A stretch of 52,379 bases of DNA from positions 1-52,379 of IMG/VR virus record IMGVR_UViG_3300012667_000994; one strand, 5' to 3'. Origin of the DNA: a virus. Lineage: Duplodnaviria; Caudoviricetes. Below the pieces are notes generated by a model that was not told where the DNA came from, ran no database searches, and saw only the letters and a program-made list of their open reading frames with translations. Position 1 is the stretch's first letter. The number at the start of each line of letters is the position of its first letter. This document shows, piece after piece, positions 37,656-48,100 of this stretch. Both the position numbers and the translations under genes were made by a program.

Positions 37656-37826
37656 TTATTCCTCCTCAAATTCTATTGGTTTAGCTGGTTCATCAAAAGT
37701 TTGCTTTCTAATTATACCACCTTTTACTCTTTTAACATTTCTTGTAAGCCATTTGGTTAGCACAAAGCCACCCACAGCTACACTTATAAGTCCTACAATT
37801 ATAAATATTTTTTTTGCTTTACTCAT
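37656..37826 (-). CDS. 56-aa membrane protein (not in ORF track)
   Basis: MSKAKKIFIIVGLISVAVGGFVLTKWLTRNVKRVKGGIIRKQTFDEPAKPIEFEEE. Confidence 0.7.
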   Translation of the reverse strand: MSKAKKIFIIVGLISVAVGGFVLTKWLTRNVKRVKGGIIRKQTFDEPAKPIEFEEE

Positions 37827-38260
37827 TATCTATTGTTTCTAAAATAATTTATTGCTCCCAAACTTCCAACAAGCAATAAACCACCGAAAATCCAACCAGC
37901 AATATTTGTAGAAGATTCTTTTTCCTCTTTAGGTTTTTCTTCCCCTTTCGGTTTTTCTTCCTCTTTCGGTTTTTCTTCTCCTTTTGGTTTTTCTTCTCCT
38001 TTTGGTTTTTCTTCTCCTGCTTTTGCTTTTGCTTCAATTAATGATTCTAAATCCTCAATTAAATCTTCCTTATAATCTTCGATATAATCGACTATTTCTT
38101 GGTGCGATTCTTTTAATTCCTCATCATCTGGACTGGCATCTAAATCCTTTTTAGCTACCGCTAACCTAGTTTCAAGGTTATTCAATCCATCTAATCTTTT
38201 AGCAATCGTTGGCGTTACTTTGTTTTCTAATTTTTCTAATAATTCTGCAATTTTATCCAT
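37826..38260 (-). CDS. acidic membrane protein with (GEEKPK)n linker
   Basis: About five 18-nt repeats; C-terminal TM. Confidence 0.75.
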   Translation of the reverse strand: MDKIAELLEKLENKVTPTIAKRLDGLNNLETRLAVAKKDLDASPDDEELKESHQEIVDYIEDYKEDLIEDLESLIEAKAKAGEEKPKGEEKPKGEEKPKEEEKPKGEEKPKEEKESSTNIAGWIFGGLLLVGSLGAINYFRNNR

Positions 38261-38291
38261 TTTTTGTTGTTTTTTTAAGTTAATTAATTTA

Positions 38292-38299
38292 CAAATATA
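38292..38299 (-). promoter_or_regulatory. -7 element (TATATTTG)
   Basis: Consensus match in the gap upstream of 38260. Confidence 0.55.
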
Positions 38300-38325
38300 A
38301 TAAATTATTATTTACAATATATTTT

Positions 38326-38793
38326 TTAAAAAATTTTATATTCTACTACTATTCCATAACCAGATGGTTTGTTAGGCTGGACAAAGTATTGACCGCCAAC
38401 TTTTAATTTAGAATATTCAATTAGAACCCTACCATAAAGATAAGGGTCAACCATATCAAATCTTATGGTTTGAACTCCTAAATAACCATGAATTTGTGGT
38501 TTTTTCCACCAGCCAATAGCTTTGTCTTGTATCTTAATTATTTGGTCTTTTTTGTCTGATACACTATCTTTAATTTTTATTATACTTAAAAGTTCATCGT
38601 TCTGCTCTTGTAGGTTTTTAATTTCCTCATCTTTTTCTGTCAAAAGCTTTTTACAAATATCTCCTTTAACCAAATCTTTAACTACTTCTCTAGCTACTTT
38701 TTCATTCAATACTATCTTTTTGACTGTATCGGTTTGAGAAAAACTCTTGAAGCTTACTAAAAGCAATAGTGTCAATAATTTTAATCGTGTCAT
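38326..38793 (-). CDS. secreted protein, spanin-like by context
   Basis: Signal peptide, coiled coil, C-terminal beta strands ending in F; overlaps upstream gene. Confidence 0.55.
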   Translation of the reverse strand: MTRLKLLTLLLLVSFKSFSQTDTVKKIVLNEKVAREVVKDLVKGDICKKLLTEKDEEIKNLQEQNDELLSIIKIKDSVSDKKDQIIKIQDKAIGWWKKPQIHGYLGVQTIRFDMVDPYLYGRVLIEYSKLKVGGQYFVQPNKPSGYGIVVEYKIF

Positions 38794-39052
38794 GTTGTAG
38801 TTGAATTAATGTTTTTTGTTTTTCTATTATAGTGTTTCTACCTAGTTGCAAGCTTTCAAACTTATCCCAATGTAATTGTTCCTTTTCCTCTAGTGCTTCA
38901 ATTTCTTTTTCAAGTCTTTGCTTTTCTCTTTTCAATTCATTATTTTCTCCTATTCCATAAAATAGGAATAGTATAAATAATGCGATTAGTAAGCTACCTA
39001 ACCATTGTTGCTTTATGAAATTAACTATATGGAACATAACTTGTTTTTCCAC
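38702..39052 (-). CDS. inner-membrane coiled-coil protein (i-spanin-like)
   Basis: N-terminal TM plus coiled coil after the endolysin; start may be 39037. Confidence 0.55.
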   Translation of the reverse strand: MEKQVMFHIVNFIKQQWLGSLLIALFILFLFYGIGENNELKREKQRLEKEIEALEEKEQLHWDKFESLQLGRNTIIEKQKTLIQLQHDTIKIIDTIAFSKLQEFFSNRYSQKDSIE

Positions 39053-39488
39053 CTTGCTTAATTGCTTTCAAAACTTGCTTGCGTTGTTTTCCAGTTGATT
39101 CGTAAGAAACGTGAACCCAGTCTGGATTAGCATTTGTTCCAAACTCCCAAATTAATTGGTCAAAAGCCAAATGTTGCTTAATGAAGTCAAAAACTTGTTT
39201 ATTGGTTACACCACTTGCACTACCATCCATATCAATATCAATAGCTTCTCCGCTACAATGTTGAGAAGTTAAACTGCCACCAATTGCTTTATTTAGCTCT
39301 TTACTTCTATAACCACTACTTATGTGTATTGGTGCTTTAAAATGCTCTCTAATAGGCTCAAAAACCTTTTCTGCAAGCAATTTAAAATTTTCTAAATGTT
39401 CTGGAGTTGGCATATTACTAACACCCTTTCTTTTTGCTGTTTCGCTTCGTGTAACTTCGGCAAGCGATAAATGTTTACTCAATTGCAT
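39021..39488 (-). CDS. endolysin, peptidase M15A family
   Basis: ISSGYRS..LN.AIGG..TSQH..GEAIDI...WVHVSY. Confidence 0.92.
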   Translation of the reverse strand: MQLSKHLSLAEVTRSETAKRKGVSNMPTPEHLENFKLLAEKVFEPIREHFKAPIHISSGYRSKELNKAIGGSLTSQHCSGEAIDIDMDGSASGVTNKQVFDFIKQHLAFDQLIWEFGTNANPDWVHVSYESTGKQRKQVLKAIKQGGKTSYVPYS

Positions 39489-39732
39489 CTTTTTCTTCGT
39501 TTTTGTTGTTTTTATTAAAAATTTTTCCTGCGGTAGCTATTCCAAAAACTACCGATGTTAGCATTAAAAATCCATTAAAAATAAATTCCTCAATTACTAA
39601 TTTTACACCCCATATTCCAGTAACTATATCTACTAGAAATGCAAGCACCATCATAAAAAAAGAAATTACACCTACGAATGATTTTTCGTTTATGCTATTG
39701 TTGTCGCTGATTAATTCTCTCCAAAATCCCAT
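39475..39732 (-). CDS. holin candidate (2 TM)
   Basis: Two TM helices directly upstream of the endolysin. Confidence 0.6.
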   Translation of the reverse strand: MGFWRELISDNNSINEKSFVGVISFFMMVLAFLVDIVTGIWGVKLVIEEFIFNGFLMLTSVVFGIATAGKIFNKNNKNEEKDAIE

Positions 39733-39734
39733 AA

Positions 39735-40118
39735 TTATTTTATTGTGTCTATGACTGTTATTGAATCTTTATTAGTGCCTAAAACTTTGTCGAAAAAACT
39801 TCTTTTTTTAGGAACTTTATATTCTTTAATTTTTTCTTTTGCAACTTCTAAACAATCCTTGACCATAACCAATTCGTCTTTAACTAAAATCAATTCCTTA
39901 TTAAGTTTTTTGTTGTCAACTTTTAAAGTTTGTTTTTCATAAATAACTTCATCAACGGAAATTTTGAATCCATCTACCATTTCCAATAAGCTATCCACTT
40001 TTTCTGTGTCTTGGTAGTCTAAAACAACTTCTTCTTGAATTGGTTTTTGTACTACTTCTTTATCATTGCATGAAAGCAATAAAAAAGATAATGCTAATGT
40101 TATAATGTATTTTTTCAT
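39735..40118 (-). CDS. lipoprotein with coiled coil
   Basis: Lipobox LLLSC. Confidence 0.75.
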   Translation of the reverse strand: MKKYIITLALSFLLLSCNDKEVVQKPIQEEVVLDYQDTEKVDSLLEMVDGFKISVDEVIYEKQTLKVDNKKLNKELILVKDELVMVKDCLEVAKEKIKEYKVPKKRSFFDKVLGTNKDSITVIDTIK

Positions 40119-40378
40119 TATTTTAAACCTTTAATTTCGTTTAACATTTCTAATTTAGCACCAGCTCTAGCTAGAGTACTATCCGACTTTCTTAATCTTT
40201 CGTCTAACAAATCAACTTTTTTAGTCAATTGTTCTACGTTAACTCCACATTTTTCAATTTGAGAAGTATAATTCATTTTGTTATCAACATATAGATAACC
40301 TACTGCTATTAAAACTAAAAATAGCAACCCTTTTACTGGGTCTTTAGCAAAGTCCTTGAAACTTATTGGCATTTCCAT
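40118..40378 (-). CDS. membrane protein in the lysis cassette
   Basis: TM plus coiled coil. Confidence 0.65.
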   Translation of the reverse strand: MEMPISFKDFAKDPVKGLLFLVLIAVGYLYVDNKMNYTSQIEKCGVNVEQLTKKVDLLDERLRKSDSTLARAGAKLEMLNEIKGLK

Positions 40379-40395
40379 ACTTAAACTATTTTAAA

Positions 40396-42408
40396 TTATT
40401 TATTTCTTACTTGTTCGTTAGCACGCTTTAAAGCACTTTGCCAGCTTTCTCCATCTTTACGAATTTGTTTTGCTAATTGCATAGCACCACCTCTTTTGGT
40501 TTTTCCACCACCAGACATTTTACTATCGTATTTTGCTTTTTGGCTACCAGCAATTTTATTACCTACTTCTTTTGCTTCGGCTTTGTCATAAGTCTTACCA
40601 TACTCTTTTTGGTATTTTGGTTTTACCTTTTTGCCTTCAAAATTTTTGGCTATTGCCGTTGCTTTTTGCTTGAAAGTGGTTTTGCCACCATCAGAGAAAG
40701 TGTTTCTTACATTTTTTATTATTTCTGTCAATCCAATAAGAGTTTTATCCCCAAAAGAAGTTTTTATTTTTCCGTTTTTTTCATTGGGTTCAAATACAGC
40801 TTTTGATATTTCTTCTGGATAATAATTCACATTGCTTATCATTGCAAATAAGCCTTCTTTTGTTTTATCTCCAAAAGAAGTTTTTATTTTTCCATTTTTT
40901 TGATTTGGAAAAAATATTGCACTTGTAACATCTGTAATAGAACCACCATCACCAAAAGAAATACCTTTTTGTTTTAAAGCACTACGATACATTTTAGCAA
41001 TATCCAATAACATAGGGTAGCCATCAAACTCTATGTTCGATTTATTTACTACTTCTTTTTTTGTTTTACCAGAATAAGGTTCGTAATACTCAAAATACAA
41101 TCTACCATTTTTGTAAATTATTGGTTTATATTGCATAGGTTCTTGCCAAGTACCGCTTTTGTCAACTACCATTATTGGGTCGCCATCTTTATCAATTGCC
41201 TTTTCAATAAGCGAATTAACTTCATCTACTTTTTTTTGAATTTTAGAATCTAATTTACCTCCTTTTAAAAATTTAATTTCTAACTGACCACCATCGGCAT
41301 ATTCATATCCCTCTATTTGGTTTAATTCAACTCCAATAGGTCTTAATCCATAAGGTTCATTGTCTAATCCATAATCAAAAGTATATCCTACCCCTTCAAC
41401 TTCTGCTAAAAACTTTTTGCTATCTTCATAATCATAGTCATCTTCTTCAAACTTTTCCATATAAGTACTTACAATTTCAGAAAGTTCTGCTGGTTGATTT
41501 TCATAATCTTCAAACAAATCTTTATAAATCATACCTCCATCATCATATTTAGAAGTGTGAATTGGTTTTGCACCTTTTTTAATCCAATATCCGTTTGCAA
41601 CCTTTACATCTTTACCATCTCTTAATTGTACTTTAACTACATTTCTTTTTGGAACGTAAAAAGCCAATTTTTCAAGTTTTCCACCATCTTCTAACTTGTA
41701 AGCACCATTATATACATCTGACACTTTATAAGTTAATTTTTGGTCGCCTTTCTTAATTGTAATAGTATTTAATTGTTTTCTTTGGACATAGTTTTTAGTT
41801 ACGCCACCAGTTGCATAATTATCTTTATATTTTTCAAATTTATATTTGTCAATTTTTTTATAAATATCAACTACTCTTTGATGCAATTTTGGGTTTTTTC
41901 TTTTTAGAAATTCAACTTCTTTTTTGAAGTTAGCTGTTTCTGAATAATCATAACCATCGAATAAACCATACAAATAGTTGGTTAATACTTTTGGCGTGTC
42001 GCTTTCAGATAAAACATCTAAAATTTCTTCTCTGGTTTCTGAATCCATTTGTGCTTGTCGGTCAAATCTTCTAATTTCTCCACCTCCAGCAAAAAACAAA
42101 CTATTTCTACGATTATAGTTTACTTCATGTTGTTCAGATTTATTAACGTGCCTATGGTCATTTGTCCAGTTTCTTCCAGTAGAATATTCTCTATTACCTA
42201 CTTTACGAACTCCACCACCTTTTGCAAAAGGTAGTGGCGGTTCAGCACCTCTATAACCATTTGCTAAATTAACATAAACAATATCTCCAGTTTTAGTTTT
42301 CACTTTTTGAACTCCACCAGACATTGTCTTTAAGATTTGGTCGCCCTCTTTTAAACCATGATTATCAAGTGAGCCACCTTCTGCATAAAAATTATATTTT
42401 TTATTCAT
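40396..42408 (-). CDS. modular protein 3 with about 11 [FYLM]xxGG motifs
   Basis: YAEGG, FAKGG, FAGGG, YATGG, LEDGG, YDDGG, YADGG, FLKGG, FGDGG, FSDGG, MSGGG. Confidence 0.8.
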   Translation of the reverse strand: MNKKYNFYAEGGSLDNHGLKEGDQILKTMSGGVQKVKTKTGDIVYVNLANGYRGAEPPLPFAKGGGVRKVGNREYSTGRNWTNDHRHVNKSEQHEVNYNRRNSLFFAGGGEIRRFDRQAQMDSETREEILDVLSESDTPKVLTNYLYGLFDGYDYSETANFKKEVEFLKRKNPKLHQRVVDIYKKIDKYKFEKYKDNYATGGVTKNYVQRKQLNTITIKKGDQKLTYKVSDVYNGAYKLEDGGKLEKLAFYVPKRNVVKVQLRDGKDVKVANGYWIKKGAKPIHTSKYDDGGMIYKDLFEDYENQPAELSEIVSTYMEKFEEDDYDYEDSKKFLAEVEGVGYTFDYGLDNEPYGLRPIGVELNQIEGYEYADGGQLEIKFLKGGKLDSKIQKKVDEVNSLIEKAIDKDGDPIMVVDKSGTWQEPMQYKPIIYKNGRLYFEYYEPYSGKTKKEVVNKSNIEFDGYPMLLDIAKMYRSALKQKGISFGDGGSITDVTSAIFFPNQKNGKIKTSFGDKTKEGLFAMISNVNYYPEEISKAVFEPNEKNGKIKTSFGDKTLIGLTEIIKNVRNTFSDGGKTTFKQKATAIAKNFEGKKVKPKYQKEYGKTYDKAEAKEVGNKIAGSQKAKYDSKMSGGGKTKRGGAMQLAKQIRKDGESWQSALKRANEQVRNK

Positions 42409-42424
42409 ATTTTTTTAAATATAA

Positions 42425-42457
42425 AGGTTAAGGAGCATTTAACATACTCCCTAACCT
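42425..42457 (-). terminator. intergenic hairpin (terminator or processing site)
   Basis: AGGTTA.GGAG...CTCC.TAACCT imperfect inverted repeat. Confidence 0.5.
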
Positions 42458-42465
42458 AATTAATG

Positions 42466-45126
42466 TTATCCTACAATATTTATTCCTCCACCAGATATGT
42501 AATATTCAAATGAAGTTTCTGCACCTACACAAGTGTATAATGGAACATAAAATTTTCTGTATCTATTACCAGCATCATAAAACCCTCTTAATTCAAAATA
42601 TTCAAAAGTTTCAAGTGCTTCTTCTTCTCTATATCCAAAAGGATTATTAGCTCTTTCTTTACCAGTTGGAGATTTCCAAAGGTTTCTTAAATAATCAATT
42701 CCTTTTTTATTTTGGTCTGAAGTTAATTGTGGAGAATTATCCCAAATAAAATCAATTGCTTCTTGGGTAAATTCATCCACTTTATCATTGTTCATTCTCA
42801 ATTTAATCAAATTGATTTCTTTTTCAGTAATAGTATTAGTTTCCATCATATTTTTAAATGGAGAAACCCCACCACCTTTAGCGTAAATGCTACCACCATC
42901 AGCAAAACTTGTACCTCTAATTATAACTTTTCCATCGTAAGTTTCTACTGAAGGCATCCCAAATTCATTTGCTCCTTGTGTCAATTTATCTTCAACATCT
43001 TGGTCAAGACTATGGTCAAAAAAACCAGCTCCATGTCCTCCTTGTGTGTACCAAATATCCATTCCAATTGTTTCTAAATCTAATCCACTTTCTTTAATAG
43101 CTTCTTTATTTTTTGAATAATATTTAGATAGCATTTTTTTAGCACTAGCTTCGCTTTCTTTATCAAAATCATAAATTGAATAATTATTTTCAAGTGGTTC
43201 ATCTGTATCATAATCCATTTCAGCAAAAAGAATTGCAGAAGCATAACCTCTCCATAATTCATCTAAATCTGAACTGCTTACATCACCCCCATCATCAAAA
43301 CTTTTTTTACGAGTATAGTTTACTTCTCTACTATCTGCTTTGTCAATGTGTTTATGCTCGTTTGTCCAGTTTCTACCAGTTGGATATTCTCTACCTCCTA
43401 CCATACGAACTCCACCACCTTTAGCATAAATACCTTGTGCTGTACCTTCTCCTAAATAGTAATTTACAAAATGTTGTTCAGTACCAGCAGGCAAGCCAGT
43501 ATTACCACCCATTTCATAAACTCCAGCTTGGAAGTCGCCAAAGTTAGGGTCGGTTAAATAACCATCTTCGGCATATCTTTTACCTTTAAAAATTTCAGCG
43601 TACAATTTAACTTCTTCTAAATTATAAGATTGTGCTAAAATTTCATTAGAAGTATCATCATACAATCTAAAATAATCTAATCCATCTGGATTTGTAAACA
43701 TTTCTAAAGAATAGTGTCTATTGTTTGGACTTTGACCTTTAAACTTGTCTAAAACAATTCCACGACCTACTCCACCACCAGTTGCAAAATCTTTAGTAAA
43801 TTCTAATTCATTTGTTTCTGGATTAAAAATTCTTTTAGTTACACCCATTGATTTTCCATTATAATCTTTTCTTGGTGCATATATTTCATATTTACCATTT
43901 TCTAATTTTCTAACTTTAAAATCAGACATTTTTTGATTAAAAAACTTCATGGTTTTCGCATCAAAGAAATATGGAGAAGTTTCAGATGTTCTTCTTTTTA
44001 TTTCACTTATAGTTATTTGACCACCACCAGCAAACATCTCTCCACTTGACATAGCACCAGTTTCGCCAACAAGTCCAGTATAGCTAATTCCTAAATCTCT
44101 CGCTAATGGAGTTTCTGCTGTACCAATAATTGTTCCGCCAGTTTCTAAATCTCTTTTTAAACCATCGCTAACAGTTTTATTTAATGTTACGCCATATTCT
44201 CTTAATTGCCAAAGTGGACTTGTATCTTTCATTCCTTTTGGTAATTTATAGCTATCTAATAATATTTCCTTTGCAGTTTGAATGTATGATTCGTCATAAC
44301 CATAAGTCATTCTGCTTTTTCCTACATATTTATCATTTACAAAAACTTCTGCTGTATGATAAGTATTACCATTTACTCTATCAAACCATCTTCTTCCAAC
44401 AACAAATACAACATCTCCTTTTTTAAGTGTTGGTTTTTTCATTTTTCCAACTCCACCACCAGTTTCTAAATAAGCACTTTTAAATCCACCTACATCAACT
44501 CTATTGGCTCTATTTTCGTAATATACTTTACCACCATCAGATACTCCATATTGGTTTTTCCAACCTTTTGTTGAAACTCTCTTACCTCTTGGCATAGCAC
44601 GTCTTTGAGCATCTTTGCTTAAATTAGAAGTTCCAGCAAGTTTTTTATACTCTTTGTTTCTACGAACCATTGCCAATAACTTATCGGTTTCAGTTCTTGC
44701 TTTCGCTTTAGTTTCAGTAGTTTGCGAAGTCATCATTTTTCTTGCACGAAGCTTGGCATCATCCCAACTTTCGTCAGCTTTACGAATTTCTTTTGCTAAT
44801 GAAAAAACAGTTTTTTTCTTTGTTGTAGGTTTTTCCTCAACTTTTGGTTTTTTGGTTCTACTTGTTGTAGTTCTTTTTGCTCTAGTTCTAGCTGGTGCTT
44901 TAGCTTTAGCTTGCTCCTCTTTTTTGTCTGCTACCTCAAGTGCTTTTTCAACTTTTTTCTCTATTTCTTTAACTTCATCTTTTACTTCCGAAGCCGTAAT
45001 AGTTTCATCGGTTTTAATTTCCGATTCTAATTTTTGAATTTCAACACGAATTTTATCTTTCATGTTATCTGGAATAAACTTGTTATCCAATGATTTTTTT
45101 AATTTTTCTAATTTTTCTGTATTCAT
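42466..45126 (-). CDS. modular protein 2 with about 9-10 [FYLM]xxGG motifs
   Basis: LETGG x2, FAGGG, FATGG, YEMGG, YAKGG x2, FDDGG, FADGG; basic N-terminal region. Confidence 0.8.
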   Translation of the reverse strand: MNTEKLEKLKKSLDNKFIPDNMKDKIRVEIQKLESEIKTDETITASEVKDEVKEIEKKVEKALEVADKKEEQAKAKAPARTRAKRTTTSRTKKPKVEEKPTTKKKTVFSLAKEIRKADESWDDAKLRARKMMTSQTTETKAKARTETDKLLAMVRRNKEYKKLAGTSNLSKDAQRRAMPRGKRVSTKGWKNQYGVSDGGKVYYENRANRVDVGGFKSAYLETGGGVGKMKKPTLKKGDVVFVVGRRWFDRVNGNTYHTAEVFVNDKYVGKSRMTYGYDESYIQTAKEILLDSYKLPKGMKDTSPLWQLREYGVTLNKTVSDGLKRDLETGGTIIGTAETPLARDLGISYTGLVGETGAMSSGEMFAGGGQITISEIKRRTSETSPYFFDAKTMKFFNQKMSDFKVRKLENGKYEIYAPRKDYNGKSMGVTKRIFNPETNELEFTKDFATGGGVGRGIVLDKFKGQSPNNRHYSLEMFTNPDGLDYFRLYDDTSNEILAQSYNLEEVKLYAEIFKGKRYAEDGYLTDPNFGDFQAGVYEMGGNTGLPAGTEQHFVNYYLGEGTAQGIYAKGGGVRMVGGREYPTGRNWTNEHKHIDKADSREVNYTRKKSFDDGGDVSSSDLDELWRGYASAILFAEMDYDTDEPLENNYSIYDFDKESEASAKKMLSKYYSKNKEAIKESGLDLETIGMDIWYTQGGHGAGFFDHSLDQDVEDKLTQGANEFGMPSVETYDGKVIIRGTSFADGGSIYAKGGGVSPFKNMMETNTITEKEINLIKLRMNNDKVDEFTQEAIDFIWDNSPQLTSDQNKKGIDYLRNLWKSPTGKERANNPFGYREEEALETFEYFELRGFYDAGNRYRKFYVPLYTCVGAETSFEYYISGGGINIVG

Positions 45127-45129
45127 GGT

Positions 45130-48100
45130 TTAGTTATTTTCGTTTAACATTTTTATAATCTCTAACGCTTCTTTAATGTCTTTTTTGTCTTTGCCTTTTG
45201 CTGTTTGCATTAACATTTCAAGTGTTTCTATTGCTTCTTGTAGTTCATTGGATTCTAAAACTTCTTTCATATCTTCCAATTCAACAATTTGCTCTAAATC
45301 TTTTTTGCTTAACTTTTGTTGCTTTGTTTTTTCAACTGGCAAAGTCTTTTTGTAGTCTATTGCATCTATTGGAAAAACATAAGCTCTGTTTGGCTCTGTA
45401 AAATAACATTCAACTTCCGTATCGGTTATTGTTTCAAGCATAGTGTCAAAAAATTCTTTTCTAAAAGAAAAATATTGATTTTCTTTAAAGTTATCTTTTG
45501 ATGGCATAAGTAAAAACACAGATTGGTCTAAACTTAAATTGTTTTCTACTTCTTTATAATTTAAGTCAATTTTGCACAACTCTATGGTTTCAATTAAATC
45601 AGATTGAACATTATAACTTTTACTTTCTGAAACTTTAACGTTTAAAGTATCTCCTATATTGAAAAAATCAAAAAGAATATCTTTTTGCCCTTTGTATTTA
45701 GATACCAAATTGGTCATTTCTTGACTTTTTAAGCACTTATTCATAACCACATGGTCAAACACTATCGCTTTGGTGCTTTCTCTCGGTATAACAGCATCGT
45801 AATTTGGATATTTACCATCTATTACTCTGGCAATGTACTCTAAATTATCTGCTTCGATAAAAATGTTTGTCAAGTTACATTTGAAGTGCAAAGAACCATC
45901 TGCCAACTTAATAAAGTCTTTTAAATATTTAGTTGGTAATATGTATTCTAATTCTCTATCGTCTTTATCAAAATCACAGAAATCCGTAATATTAATTTTG
46001 CAAAGCGTATGAGCATTAGTAGTTACTAAAAACATTTCGTTTTGAGCCGTTTTTTTAATACAAATTCCAGACATTACTGGTCTTAAATCATCTTTACCTA
46101 CCGACAATAATAATTTATCCAAATAGAACTCGAAAACTTCACTAAAAGTTACAAACTCAAAAGCAGTTTGTCTTTTTTCTTGCCTATGCGTTTCGTATTC
46201 ATCTTTATTGAAAACCCTTTCACTTGGAAAATCCTCAATAGGTTGCATGGTAATATTTGGTGCTTTATTTACAATTTCGTAAATACCATTTGGCATATTA
46301 ACATCTTTAACCACTAAAGATATTTCCAAATCGGTTGCAGTCATTTTACCATCTTCTACTTTTGCATAGTCTAATATTGCAAGTCTATTACGTTTACTTG
46401 TTATTTTACTTAATAATGCTAAATAATCATCATCTACTGAAAGGTTGTTTTCGTATTGCATTTTAAATTCAGCAACCGAACCATCTGCATTATGAATTTC
46501 GCTATCGTTGAAATCAAAATATGCTTTTAAACTTCTATTGTAATCTGGGTCGCTAGTTCCATATCCAGTAATTGTTCCAAAAGTAGAAGTTAACATAATA
46601 GGCATAATTAATAATATTTCATCACTTCCTACTTCATAATCTTTTGTTGGACTTAAAACCATTGCTCTATTTGGTTGTGTAATGAAAGCATATAATTTTT
46701 CATGACCTAATTTTAAAGATGCAGTCAATACCTCTGACAAAAGAGAACCATTAAATCCTATTCTATCATTATCTCCAAATTTGAATGAAATACCTCTTGT
46801 TATTTTGTTAGCATAATTCATTGCAGTTTTAGTGTATTGCAATAATTTATAAACATCAACTTCATAAGGTTTAATCACATTATATTTTGGTATAATTGCT
46901 TCATAATTTGGATAATTACCATCAATTAAAATAGGTTGGTCTGCTTTTATTTTTTTTACTCGGTTTATATCATAAATACCTTCGTATTTTTCGTTTGGAT
47001 AAGGCAATGTTATTAACTTATGAAAATCAGTAGCTGTAATACCATTTTTGTCAAAATTAATACCCATTCCAACTGGTTTTAAATCATCTTTACCTAAAAA
47101 TGGAGAAATAATACTATCTAATCCTTTGTCCAATGGATTATTGGTAAAAGGTACTTTTTTTACTTTGCTTATGTTTCGGTAATTTGTAGGCACTTTATCC
47201 CACTCAAAAACTTCGGCACTTAAAGTAGCACCACCATCTTTATACATTGTATCAGCAGAATCGCCTTCCATATTAGCATCGTAAGGTTTTAAACTTCCAC
47301 CATCGCCAAACAAACCAGTTTCAGCACCAAATTGACCATCAACGCCTACATCCATTAAGTCGTTATAGTTGTTCAAATCCCTTGAAGTATGGTCGCCTTT
47401 TTTAGATTCATCAACTAAATCTAATTGACCGCCACCTTCTAAACCTACTTTATCTAAAACAGTATAGTAGTTTGGATTTTCTACCAAATGGTCTTTTGCT
47501 ATTTTTTCTTGCATATTTTTGTCGGTTGTATGTTCGCTTTCTACCTCAATTCCTTTTCTTAATTGACTTTTAATATGAGAAATAGTTACGTTGTGCATTT
47601 CTGCAATATCTTCAATTGATTTTTCTTTTGATAAACCACCACCATAATTCATTTTTAGTTCATTTGAATCTACTTTTGATGCTTTACCACCCATTACAGC
47701 ACTATAAACTCTTGCCATTGCCCATTGCTCTTTTGACTTAACATTTGGTCTTACGCTTTCTGGGTTTGTTTTATATGCACCTATACCTTTATTGTAAATT
47801 TTTTGCAAACCTTTTATGGAAACTCCAGTATCTTTTGAAATTTCTTCTAAATCATGCGAAGTACCTTTAGGATAATTGAATTTTAGATTATATTTATCTT
47901 TGTAAGACACATATCCACCATCTTTAAAAAATCCACCATAGTCATATTCATCCTCACAACTACAATCATTCATGCTTTGCATAATTTCATAATCGGTCAT
48001 AGTTTTACCACCATAATTGTACGAACTACCATTATAATAAATTTCGCCACCATTCTCTAATGAAACACCACCACCTTTTTCGTTGATTTTAGACAATATT

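Noticed and set aside
37849-38037. 62-aa alternative-frame basic ORF
   Set aside because: Frame shadow of the GEEKPK repeat in 37826-38260
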